This document shows, one piece after another, positions 8,918 through 17,230 of a stretch of 64,000 nucleotides of DNA. The translations under genes were made by a program, and so were the position numbers. Numbering within the stretch: the first letter of the stretch is position 1; each line of letters starts with the position of its first letter. The stretch comes from Oligoflexales bacterium (lineage in GTDB: Bacteria; Bdellovibrionota_B; Oligoflexia; Oligoflexales; RGVZ01), in assembly GCA_044236265.1 (NCBI GenBank), contig JBIIGV010000233.1, forward strand, positions 5,889 to 69,888. The letters are read 5' to 3'. The notes beneath the pieces are model-generated. The model was given only the letters and a program-made list of their open reading frames with translations, did not search any database and was not told the origin of the DNA.

Positions 8918-11191
8918 TTAATTTGAGATGGCGGGTATCTTGTTGCTACCGCAGCCCCAATTATTGCCACCAGGACCAGAAACACTTATCGAGTAAATGG
9001 TCGCCCTTTTTGTTGGGCAGGATGTAACGGCTGACCACACATTCCCTGAGCGAGACCACTTCGACGGCGCATATGGACTCACCCTCGGTGCGCCGATCAT
9101 TTCACCGGTAATTGAAATTGATAGGTTACAATAGCCACGGGTTGAAGCTCTTTTAGCGGTCGCGCTACAGCCTCTGGTTGGAGTCTGTGCAAGAGGCGGT
9201 ACGGCGCTGCTTTGACAATTGCTTTTTGAGCCTCCGGGTCCCTCTACGGTTGCTGTAAAAGTTGTCGTTGAAGTGGTAGGACACCCTCCAGTTCCTGTCC
9301 AATTATTTGTATTCCAACTTCCCGTGGCCAAAGGCGAAACTAAAAGTGGCTTACTGGTATCGATAATTCCAGATCCTGTCAGAGATAGGCTGCATGAGGT
9401 CGTCGTGGCCTGGCGAGATGCTGTCAATGAGCAAGATGGTGGAGTTAACTTCGGTGCTGTCGCTGAGCATGTTGAACTTCCGTCGTTTCCATAGACTGTT
9501 GCGGTTAATAGAGTGTCTGACGTCTGGCTACAGGCTACGTTGTTACTGGCTGGACTGCTGCCATCCCAAGTTACCGAGCTCCCGAGGATGCTAAAACTCG
9601 ATATGGTTCCAGCCAATGACGTTCTTGTTAAAGTATAGGTACAATTGGCACTGGTTCCTATGCGCGAAAAACTTAGACTGCAATCCGGCGCTGTGGTTGT
9701 CTTTGGCACTTCATTGCTAAAGCACTCTTGCCCTTTTCCATCATCAGACTCTAGAGCTGCAGCAAAACGAGTGATATTCGCTTTGGCGCAATAAGTAGAT
9801 CCAGTCCAAGTTGTCCCTGACTGAACCAAATTTGTCGGTGCGGAAGGTGATATTGTGGCGCTCTTGGCGTTTTTGCCAGCGATCTGAGTGATGGTCAATT
9901 CACAGGTGTCAGTTTGATCCTTCCTTTTTGCAGTCATCGTGCAACTTGGAAGAGTCACAACGGGAGCGATCACCCCAGTTTCGCAAGGGCGACCGGTGCC
10001 GCCTTGCCCTGTGAGTGTTGCATTAAATACTGTTGATGAACTTGTGGCGCAAGCTGCGTTACCTGTCCACACGTTGCCGGACTTTGTCCAGGATGATGGC
10101 CCAACTGGTGTTATGGACGGATTACCGTTTATAGGATCAGCAGAGCCTGTGACTGTTAACGAGCACCCTCCGGTATTTCCGATGCGGCTAGCGGTAATGG
10201 AACACGATGGTACCGCGATCGGCGCAGCGGGTGGGGGAGCTGTGATGATTTTATGTGAGTCGCCAAAACTCTGAATTGCAGATTGAATTTGCGGAGCCAG
10301 TACGCTCATTCGCGGTCCCTGACCTGGGCCTGAATAAGTAACAAGTCCAAATAAGATAGGCATGATTCCATTAGCGGTATTCATGAGTAGAATTGAGGGA
10401 GAACTCGAATCGCCGGAGATCATGTTTTCGTAGTAAAGCTGATAGGCGCTTCCCGGTGGGTTATATTTTGGATCAATAGTAATACCTTGAGGGCCGAAAG
10501 GACTAGCTTGGACGATGAGCGCCTTATTCTCTTGATCAATTCTGAGCAGGGGGCTGTATTGTGCCGCGTAGGTAGCTGCATTGGGATCCAATATTTTCAT
10601 CGGTGTGATGCTGCCAGGTAGGTCGCTGTCAAGGCGAACAACAGCGACGTCGGGATCGAATGTGGACGATAAATATTTCACTTCGATTATTTTTCGAGAA
10701 ATAACTCGATTATCCAGAGTTAAAAAGCTAAGCGTTTGGCCAACCTGACCGTGAAATCCATAATGTTTGGTGTAGATCACATGTCTAGAGGTGATAGCTG
10801 TACCTCGTGGCACATTCTGAGTTACGGCCGTAAGATTGATCCCTGCGATCCAGCTGGCTGGGTTGTATGCTTCTTTTGAACGCCAAATTTTTGCAACCGA
10901 TGGGTCTTTTCCGCAAATTCTTTGCAGTACAGCTCGACTCATTGATTCTCGCCAAGCTCTGTCGGATGTTGTCCCAAAAGTTGAAATTTGCGAGACACAC
11001 GGCGTTGTATTTGCTGTGAGCTGCAGTTCCTGGCCCTCCTCGCCAAATGGTGCTCTGGTTGGATTAGGGTCCTTGAGCATCTCGCCTGGGAAAGAATTAT
11101 ATTTTTCTGAGCCAGAATTAGTTTCTCTAGATTTACAGCTGATTGAATGCGCAAAAGTAAAAGCTAGAATTGATATAAATCCTATACGCAT
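8918..11191 (-). CDS. Secreted chymotrypsin-fold (S1-like) serine peptidase with a C-terminal array of five 4-Cys repeats
   Basis: I prefer the ATG at 11191, giving MRIGFISILAFTFAHSISC. The candidate triad, in full-ORF numbering, is TSRH167, D211VAVVRL and GDS292SSP, with H-D spacing 44 and D-S spacing 81 as in S1 proteases. A Pro-rich hinge APPPAAPIAVP is followed by the repeats. Confidence 0.55.
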   Translation of the reverse strand: MRIGFISILAFTFAHSISCKSRETNSGSEKYNSFPGEMLKDPNPTRAPFGEEGQELQLTANTTPCVSQISTFGTTSDRAWRESMSRAVLQRICGKDPSVAKIWRSKEAYNPASWIAGINLTAVTQNVPRGTAITSRHVIYTKHYGFHGQVGQTLSFLTLDNRVISRKIIEVKYLSSTFDPDVAVVRLDSDLPGSITPMKILDPNAATYAAQYSPLLRIDQENKALIVQASPFGPQGITIDPKYNPPGSAYQLYYENMISGDSSSPSILLMNTANGIMPILFGLVTYSGPGQGPRMSVLAPQIQSAIQSFGDSHKIITAPPPAAPIAVPSCSITASRIGNTGGCSLTVTGSADPINGNPSITPVGPSSWTKSGNVWTGNAACATSSSTVFNATLTGQGGTGRPCETGVIAPVVTLPSCTMTAKRKDQTDTCELTITQIAGKNAKSATISPSAPTNLVQSGTTWTGSTYCAKANITRFAAALESDDGKGQECFSNEVPKTTTAPDCSLSFSRIGTSANCTYTLTRTSLAGTISSFSILGSSVTWDGSSPASNNVACSQTSDTLLTATVYGNDGSSTCSATAPKLTPPSCSLTASRQATTTSCSLSLTGSGIIDTSKPLLVSPLATGSWNTNNWTGTGGCPTTSTTTFTATVEGPGGSKSNCQSSAVPPLAQTPTRGCSATAKRASTRGYCNLSISITGEMIGAPRVSPYAPSKWSRSGNVWSAVTSCPTKRATIYSISVSGPGGNNWGCGSNKIPAISN
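8921..10210 (-). repeat. Five tandem 83-88-aa coding repeats, each with 4 conserved Cys
   Basis: First Cys of each unit falls at ORF residues 360, 446, 534, 617 and 705. The Cys sets are 360/373/411/433, 446/460/498/520, 534/547/584/605, 617/630/667/689 and 705/718/755/777. The shared pattern is PSCS(L/I)TASR..x..C.L(T/S)..G ... W(T/S)G...C ... G..G...C. Confidence 0.8.
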
Positions 11192-11381
11192 ATATCTTGG
11201 ATCCATCGATCGTCTCGCGATAAGTAAGTCATAAAAATTTGTCGTTAACTTGGTTTTAAGGATGCCATAGAAAAAGTCCAAAAAACAGGCGTATTTTGTA
11301 CCCGTGCGGCTTAGGCGGCCGCCTTTGTGACGCTCCTAGATATGACTGCGTGAACCCGTAGAGGCGTTTTTAATTTATGGG

Positions 11382-12155
11382 TCAAATGTGACGACGAACT
11401 TGGAGCATTTTTAGAAGAAAATAACATCCGAGCGCAGCCCATAGGTGTTTGAGTGCGTGACCACTCGTTAGCTCTCTGGTGCTTGCCCAAATTGCTTGGT
11501 CCATGTCTTCGCAAATTTTTGCAAGAACATAGCAGCCGATGGCAATCCCGATATACCCTGCGTGAGTGAAGCGTGCTGGGCATAGCCAAATAAGACAAGG
11601 TATGGCGAGGATCGGGTAGAACTGTACAAACGCGTAAGGGCGCAGGTCACCAGATCCTGAATCCTCCGTCATAATCCAATACACGACGCTCAGTAAGCCA
11701 AGGGCGATCAGTGGCCATAATACAAATTGGTAGGCCCTATTGCTAATGCGCTCACCAATGATGGATGCAAATAACGCGGAAAAACCGATTGTCATGGGTA
11801 AGCGATCCCAAAATAGTCCCCAGTTATCAGGGCGCCAATGGTAGTAGCCAGAGCCAAGAGCCGTCATAAGAACGCCGGAAAAAAATATGATCCAACCTGT
11901 CTTTTGTTCGCCAACTGCATATCCGTTTAACTTGGAGCTTGCAATGCTCATGATTCCCAATATTCCAACGATAGCAAATGGCACATTCGAAAGCACATTT
12001 TGCCAATTAGGCAGATGCATGAAAGGTAGTTCATCAGCAAAGCGGTGATAGGATGGGTCCTGCGCGATTGGATCCAAAGAGGCAATAATACTGGCCACAA
12101 TTAGTGCTGATACCATGAGGAAAGAAAGCCGTTGGCGCTCGGTCGTTAACTGCAT
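11382..12155 (-). CDS. Ceramidase-family-like integral membrane protein
   Basis: Seven-helix-type hydrophobic profile. Motifs DPSYHRFAD, GSGYYHWRPDNWGLFWDRLPMT and SGHALKHL match my recollection of bacterial alkaline-ceramidase-like (PF05875-type) proteins. The ATG at 12155 has GAGGG 8 nt upstream. Confidence 0.5.
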   Translation of the reverse strand: MQLTTERQRLSFLMVSALIVASIIASLDPIAQDPSYHRFADELPFMHLPNWQNVLSNVPFAIVGILGIMSIASSKLNGYAVGEQKTGWIIFFSGVLMTALGSGYYHWRPDNWGLFWDRLPMTIGFSALFASIIGERISNRAYQFVLWPLIALGLLSVVYWIMTEDSGSGDLRPYAFVQFYPILAIPCLIWLCPARFTHAGYIGIAIGCYVLAKICEDMDQAIWASTRELTSGHALKHLWAALGCYFLLKMLQVRRHI

Positions 12156-12227
12156 CACGCTGCCCTCAAAAATGAATCAAATCTTTCAGGTTGTTAGAAT
12201 CGGAACGCTTCTCTTAAACAGAGAAAA

Positions 12228-13769
12228 TTATTGTGTCGCAGTCCCTCTGATTGCGATTAAATCATCGCGCAGTTCTCCGAGGCTGTCACCCATGAGCATT
12301 CTAAAGTCATCAACGGTCTCAGGGGTCGGCCAAAGGTAGTCGGTAATGACGCGAAGGCCAATGTTCAAAAAGAAATTATCCTTGATCTCAGTCGAAGTGA
12401 TAGTGCGAATGATTGTTGATTGATGAACCGTTGAATTAACTTCCATGGATCCAAATGTTCCTCTGCCGCCATTTCCTTTAACCAGGCCAACCGTTAAGAT
12501 CTTCGAGTACTCTCGAAGATTGCCGGGCATCATAACGTCCAGAAATCCAGGGGGCATTAGCCCAAAAAGAGCGCCGCTAAAGCTAGGAATTGGCATGCCA
12601 GTAAGTTTCCAGTCAAAGCGAGCCACCGTCCCATCGCGGTAAGACATACTGAATTTTGTTTCCTTGGAGTTCATTCTTAAACCCAGTACGGACAGATCTA
12701 CGGCAGAATTTAGCTCACCATCAAAGGTTTTAAGTTCTGATGGAATCAACGCTTTACTAAAAACTGGTTCGCCGCTCTCGTCTTCAGGCAGGAAGGCGCC
12801 ACCAGCGGTTAAAAAACTCATGCTGATTTCATGCGAGGCGCTATTGTAGCCAAAATTTATAATTTTCAAGCCATCACTCGTGAGCAATTCAGTCGAAGAT
12901 TTAACAACCACAAACCTCATGATGCGTTCCAGGTAGGCTCCTAAGTTTGCGTAGGATTCTTGTATGCGATCGATATTCAAGCTTGCCCGGATGGTGAACT
13001 TGAGCCACTGATTTGAGCCAGATGATTTTGTCTCTGCTTTGACAGTGACTTTAGAAACATCGTTCATAAAAGCGGAAAATTTTGGTACGACACTGCCCAT
13101 TTCGTTGAGGATAGTTCGTCCTAATCCTTCATTGTTTGTGAAGTAAGGTAATTGCTTGGGCGTAAGTTTTGCAAGATTGCTCGGATCAATGACTTTTAAT
13201 TGGCGTGACGTGAGTGCCATTTGTGCTTTGTGGTTCAGCTCATCAGTTTGTAAAAAGCCCAGCCATGACATCCGGTATCCTGGACCGTATTTTTCCTTTT
13301 TGCCGTCATTGTACAAAATGCCAAATTGTAGGCCACCATCGAGAAATTTTTGTGGCGATAGGCCATTTGGAGGCGACTTTACATAGTCAACCACATAAGA
13401 GTCGCCTGCTGTTTTACCTGTGAAGGAGAAAAATCTTGTGCCGTCGCTTTGGACGTGCGCGATGGGAGTTGAGGTAAATAGTTGTAGCGAGAGACTTTGC
13501 AGCGCATCCGACGTAAACCGCAGGGCATTTGACGCAGCGGGAGTGAGTTTGAGTGAATTGGCGATCTGCCATTGAGCTGAGATCCATTTCTCAAATGGTT
13601 GCAACTCATGGCAGGCAGCCGTGTCACCGCATAACGCCTGGCGTGCCGTGTATGCAGGAGTGTCAGCGCCTTTGCTAACTTGTGCTTGATGAGCAATCAG
13701 CAATACTAGTGTTGCTTGCAGTAAATGGCTTAAATTTTTGCTAAATTTTGGGGTTATTTGTCTCACCAT
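12228..13769 (-). CDS. Hypothetical secreted protein (513 aa)
   Basis: Long ORF with an ATG start and an N-terminal hydrophobic stretch LLQATLVLLIAHQAQV. No recognisable family. Confidence 0.55.
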   Translation of the reverse strand: MVRQITPKFSKNLSHLLQATLVLLIAHQAQVSKGADTPAYTARQALCGDTAACHELQPFEKWISAQWQIANSLKLTPAASNALRFTSDALQSLSLQLFTSTPIAHVQSDGTRFFSFTGKTAGDSYVVDYVKSPPNGLSPQKFLDGGLQFGILYNDGKKEKYGPGYRMSWLGFLQTDELNHKAQMALTSRQLKVIDPSNLAKLTPKQLPYFTNNEGLGRTILNEMGSVVPKFSAFMNDVSKVTVKAETKSSGSNQWLKFTIRASLNIDRIQESYANLGAYLERIMRFVVVKSSTELLTSDGLKIINFGYNSASHEISMSFLTAGGAFLPEDESGEPVFSKALIPSELKTFDGELNSAVDLSVLGLRMNSKETKFSMSYRDGTVARFDWKLTGMPIPSFSGALFGLMPPGFLDVMMPGNLREYSKILTVGLVKGNGGRGTFGSMEVNSTVHQSTIIRTITSTEIKDNFFLNIGLRVITDYLWPTPETVDDFRMLMGDSLGELRDDLIAIRGTATQ

Positions 13770-13907
13770 CCTGCCTTCACAAGCTGAAATTTTTGAAGCG
13801 ACAGATCATAGTTGAGGTTGTCATAATTAATTTTGTCGTTACGTTAATGATAGCAGCTCTATGACCAAGCCGTAAAATTGCGCTCGAAGCGATTAGGGGT
13901 ATCGGTT

Positions 13908-13949
13908 AAAAAACAAAAAGCCCCGGGGCTTTAAGCTCCGGGGCTTTTT
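13908..13949 (-). terminator. Rho-independent terminator downstream of the 65-aa gene
   Basis: A 12-bp stem pairs 13915-13926 with 13938-13949, with GC core GCCCCGG/CCGGGGC and an 11-nt loop. On the minus strand it is followed by TTTTTGTTTTTT. Confidence 0.8.
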
Positions 13950-13985
13950 CGCGGACTTTATAGGTCCACAATTGATCGCCGTAAA

Positions 13986-14183
13986 TTAGCGAGGAACGCA
14001 GCTTCCACGCCATGTGCAATGTGGCTGAGCCTCGCAGGTCGCTGGCTTGGTGTAGCCACCGCATGTGTTGAAGCTCATCTCAAAAGAGCCAAGATCCGTA
14101 GCAACTGCTGAGGACTGGAATGTTGAGCCCATCATGAACGCACTAGCCAATACTGCGGCTGCCAATACAAAAGCTTTTTTCAT
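13986..14183 (-). CDS. Small secreted 4-Cys peptide (65-aa precursor)
   Basis: Strong SD (GGAGGAAAAAATG), signal peptide MKKAFVLAAAVLASAFMMG, and a roughly 40-aa mature part with C41, C50, C56 and C62 (precursor numbering). It has its own terminator. Confidence 0.6.
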   Translation of the reverse strand: MKKAFVLAAAVLASAFMMGSTFQSSAVATDLGSFEMSFNTCGGYTKPATCEAQPHCTWRGSCVPR

Positions 14184-14508
14184 TTTTTCCTCCGTTGGAA
14201 AACTTGGTTGGTGTTTGCCTTAGCGCCCAGCATTCAAGATAAGCCAACCCGTTTGAACGTCTGGGTTAATAATGAGCATGGTAACTAAGGCTGCCTGTGG
14301 GTAGAAACTAGTATGTCAAACTGACCAACGCAAGATTTTTTAACTCTAATGATTTTAGCACCTTGGCAAGACAGGTGTGAGTGAGTTCTGGCCTCTCAAC
14401 CCGATGAACGTTGATTGTTTCGATAATCGTGATTGCCTGTGAGGTGGAGGTGCTGGTAAGAAGCGGCCTCTAAATAAGCAAGATGTCCTATGTTTTTGCA
14501 GGTTCGGC

Positions 14509-14766
14509 ATGAAATCACTAGTGTCTATCATCGTCTTGAGTGTGGTCTCTGGTGTGTTTGCATCGCGTGTCACGGCGCATGACGAAAATAAAGCTGAGCT
14601 GTGGTCATGCAGGGGCTACTGTTTTATGGGCGGTGATACGCCAACCAATCCTTGGATCCCAGTTAGTTCTACTGGTGCTTCGGAGGAAGAAGCTAGGGAT
14701 AATATCGACTGCGGATCATTCATCGAGGTTGAAATCACTTGCCGAAAAGTGGAATACATTAGGTAG
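14509..14766 (+). CDS. Small secreted Cys-containing protein (85-aa precursor)
   Basis: Signal peptide MKSLVSIIVLSVVSGVFA and four Cys in the mature part. The SD is weak, but a strong terminator follows immediately. Confidence 0.5.
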   Translation: MKSLVSIIVLSVVSGVFASRVTAHDENKAELWSCRGYCFMGGDTPTNPWIPVSSTGASEEEARDNIDCGSFIEVEITCRKVEYIR

Positions 14767-14780
14767 TGCGATCATTAATT

Positions 14781-14820
14781 AAAAAACGATTGGCTGTATT
14801 GATGCAGCCAATCGTTTTTT
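14781..14820. terminator. Bidirectional rho-independent terminator between convergent genes
   Basis: AAAAAACGATTGGCTG - 8-nt loop - CAGCCAATCGTTTTTT. It is a perfect 10-bp stem (14787-14796 with 14805-14814) flanked by A6 and T6, so it can serve both the 14509..14766 (+) and 14838..15890 (-) genes. Confidence 0.85.
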
Positions 14821-14837
14821 GTCTTCAAAGGAACCGA

Positions 14838-15890
14838 TTAGGACCTTTTCTTCTCGATCATGACGATGGAGAACTTTTTTGATGATCCATTGAATGAGCA
14901 ATAACCAGTTTTAATATCGCGTTTTAGATCACTGATGTAGTGGTCAACTACTGCCGGTTTCGCTGTTGCACATGCTTCAATAGATTCATAGACGGTTTCA
15001 GGCTTGATGATGAGCATCTGAGAGGGTGTCTGTGACATGCTAACTAAAGCCGCACCAGTGCGTGCCAATGGGTCCTTTGCACAATAGACACCAAAGCTTC
15101 GCAAATCCGAGTCATTAAGAATTCTTTGAGTGTCCTCAACAAGCTGGGTACAGTCTGTGGGGTTTTGAAATTCAGATATCGTCATTTCTTCCAGGCGAAT
15201 GGTTTGGTCGCCGTAGTATCGTACTGCTAGGTTTTGGTGACTGAGAGCATTCTCAACTGTGAGCTGTGCGACTTCGAAACCAAACTTGGCAAATTCCCGG
15301 CTCATCATGTCCGTAAATGTTTCCCGCGTATGGCCGAGAATTGTTCCAAAAACATTGCTGGAAACAGCGTATGGACGGCGCTCCGGATTGCCAAAGCTTG
15401 TGACATTGATTTCCCATGAATCACTGCTGTACGAGGGAATCACACAGTAGGCGGAAAAAATATCAAGCTTCGTTTGGCGGGTGAAGATTTCTTTTTCAGA
15501 ATCAATCGTGGCAATGCACGCCTCTTTGGTCTTAAATTGTGGTCTGAAATAACTAAAAACTTCGTAAGTCGAAACAATCGGAAGCTGCTTTTCTGCGGTG
15601 TAGCTGATCTCAACATCCCATCGCGCAAGTGGTCCGTGGCTTCCGTTATCAACACATCTTGCATCCGTAACGTCGATTTGCAGGCCTAGTGTGTTCGCCA
15701 AGAAGGTTTTGAGACGCTGTCCCTCCGAGTAGGCGACATCGTCACAAAGAGTGCTGCTATCAGGGGTTAATCCATCGATTCTGAACAAAAAGTTACCTGC
15801 CACTGCCGCGGACGAAGAAATAGCCGCAAGCATAGTCGCAACTATGGCTTTTTTGCTGATGATCTTAAATGACGCTAAATTAAAACGCAT
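14838..15890 (-). CDS. Hypothetical secreted protein (350 aa)
   Basis: ATG with GGAG 5 nt upstream and signal peptide KKAIVATMLAAISSSAAVAG. No family recognised. Confidence 0.6.
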   Translation of the reverse strand: MRFNLASFKIISKKAIVATMLAAISSSAAVAGNFLFRIDGLTPDSSTLCDDVAYSEGQRLKTFLANTLGLQIDVTDARCVDNGSHGPLARWDVEISYTAEKQLPIVSTYEVFSYFRPQFKTKEACIATIDSEKEIFTRQTKLDIFSAYCVIPSYSSDSWEINVTSFGNPERRPYAVSSNVFGTILGHTRETFTDMMSREFAKFGFEVAQLTVENALSHQNLAVRYYGDQTIRLEEMTISEFQNPTDCTQLVEDTQRILNDSDLRSFGVYCAKDPLARTGAALVSMSQTPSQMLIIKPETVYESIEACATAKPAVVDHYISDLKRDIKTGYCSFNGSSKKFSIVMIEKKRS

Positions 15891-15917
15891 AAGAACTCCA
15901 TTTCTTGTGGTTAAGAT

Positions 15918-17039
15918 TCATTTACAGGATGACTGAATGCGATCTGAAAAAGACTGATCGAGTTTGACCACTCGATTATTTTCCTTATCGCAAGGTTCAA
16001 GGATTGGATTGCAGGCATTGGCAGCGCGTGCAAAAACCGTTGACGTTTTGTCGTCGATGACAATGCTCTTGATGCCAGAGAATTCATCAGCCCCCATGTT
16101 GATCTCGTCAGCAAACATCGGCAAGGATGCCTCACCATTCAAGTCAAAAACCTCAACTACATTTGATTCGTCATTGCCGACAACGACGCAATGCCCGGTG
16201 ATAACAAAAGATCGTGGATAGCCTTTAGTCTTGAATTCATGGCGGGTCTCTCCGGAGACTGTGTCGATTACCCTGACTTTGCTCTCCGATAATGCGCTGG
16301 TGACGATTTGTGATGTTCCAGGAAGTACTGCGATGCCGCGGTATTTTGCTGCTTTTGATTTTGTGATGACCCTGGTCGCTGAGGTCTTTGGATCCACTTC
16401 CACGATGCTGGATGCGTCCTGGCCCATCCCTTCACTCGAGACTAGCAGCAGTTTTCCATTGAGACTTGTGCCAGACACTGGCATGCGCACTCGCGCAGCA
16501 AGGTATTTGGAATCTGTGCCTGTCGAGGAAAAGATTGTTTGGGCTGGAAGACCAGCCGCCGGATCACTTGTATCGTTTGGATTGCCGCCCATATCGGTGA
16601 AGAAGTGGCGACCATTCACGGTGGAAACCCAAAAGGTAATAAAACCGCCGAGGGCGATTTCTTTAGTTGTCTTTTTGATTTTTCCATTTTCGAGACGCGC
16701 CAATGTATACTGCGTCAGACGAGATTCTGGGCTGATCCCGGTGATGATGATGGAGCCGTTACCTGCCACTTTCATGGAATTAAGACTATGCGATAGCGTG
16801 ACTCTATCAATCAGGGTGCCATTAGGTTGGTAAGCTTCGAGTCTATAATTTGCGTTAAACTGCAGGCGAGACTGACCAATCCACAAGACGTCTCCGTCTG
16901 CCACCATGGAGTCATAAGGCTCTCCTCGATCTAGTAAAGTCACAGTTTCTGCTGCGTTAGCCCACGTGGACGTTACAATCAGCGCAGCAAAAAATGAATT
17001 TAAAAAGCTTATCCTCAGCATCATCGTGGTCCTCTTCAT
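15918..17039 (-). CDS. Hypothetical secreted protein, possibly beta-propeller-like
   Basis: I prefer the ATG at 17039, which has AAGGAG about 8 nt upstream and gives MKRTTMMLRISFLNSFFAALIVTSTWANA. Repeated strand-like segments (VVVGNDESNVVEVFD, KVRVIDTVSG) suggest a propeller; this is a weak call. The + ORF 16231..16833 is its shadow. Confidence 0.55.
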   Translation of the reverse strand: MKRTTMMLRISFLNSFFAALIVTSTWANAAETVTLLDRGEPYDSMVADGDVLWIGQSRLQFNANYRLEAYQPNGTLIDRVTLSHSLNSMKVAGNGSIIITGISPESRLTQYTLARLENGKIKKTTKEIALGGFITFWVSTVNGRHFFTDMGGNPNDTSDPAAGLPAQTIFSSTGTDSKYLAARVRMPVSGTSLNGKLLLVSSEGMGQDASSIVEVDPKTSATRVITKSKAAKYRGIAVLPGTSQIVTSALSESKVRVIDTVSGETRHEFKTKGYPRSFVITGHCVVVGNDESNVVEVFDLNGEASLPMFADEINMGADEFSGIKSIVIDDKTSTVFARAANACNPILEPCDKENNRVVKLDQSFSDRIQSSCK

Positions 17040-17196
17040 AATGTTGTATCTCCTTGTGAGTATGGTTGAGCTAACACGCCGGCGCAACGGCTAATTTTTG
17101 GGTCAAACCGCCATCATCAGGTTTAAAATATGAGCTTTAGCTGGCATTGCAAGAATGTTCGTCATGTTGGCTATTTTCACTGAGCGCAGGAATCAA

Positions 17197-17224
17197 TTGA
17201 TTTGCGCTTTTTGCGGGCTATACT
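17197..17224 (+). promoter_or_regulatory. Candidate sigma70 promoter placing the transcription start at or next to the ATG of the next gene
   Basis: TTGATT (17197-17202), a 16-nt spacer, then TATACT (17219-17224). The ATG at 17231 lies 6 nt after the -10 element, and no SD is present. Confidence 0.35.
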
Positions 17225-17230
17225 TTAGCT

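Noticed and set aside
9219-11234. Plus-strand ORFs 9219..9494, 9394..9594, 9939..10274 and 10836..11234, and minus alternate-frame ORFs 10785..11000 and 10939..11154.
   Set aside because: They are shadows of the 8918..11191 peptidase gene, whose frame carries the triad and the 4-Cys repeats.
11312-11330. GC palindrome AGGCGGCCGCCT (contains GCGGCCGC) downstream of the ceramidase-like gene.
   Set aside because: A palindrome with no usable loop gives only a 4-bp stem, and there is no U-tract. It is probably fortuitous.
14184-14508. Possible small RNA, tRNA or sigma-54 promoter in the 325-bp region between the two small peptide genes.
   Set aside because: I saw no tRNA-like T-loop or acceptor features and no TGGCAC-N5-TTGC match. 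The region is most simply two divergent promoters.
16231-16833. 200-aa + strand ORF.
   Set aside because: It is fully antisense to the 15918..17039 gene, which has an SD, an ATG and a signal peptide. The + product has no start signals and an implausible composition.
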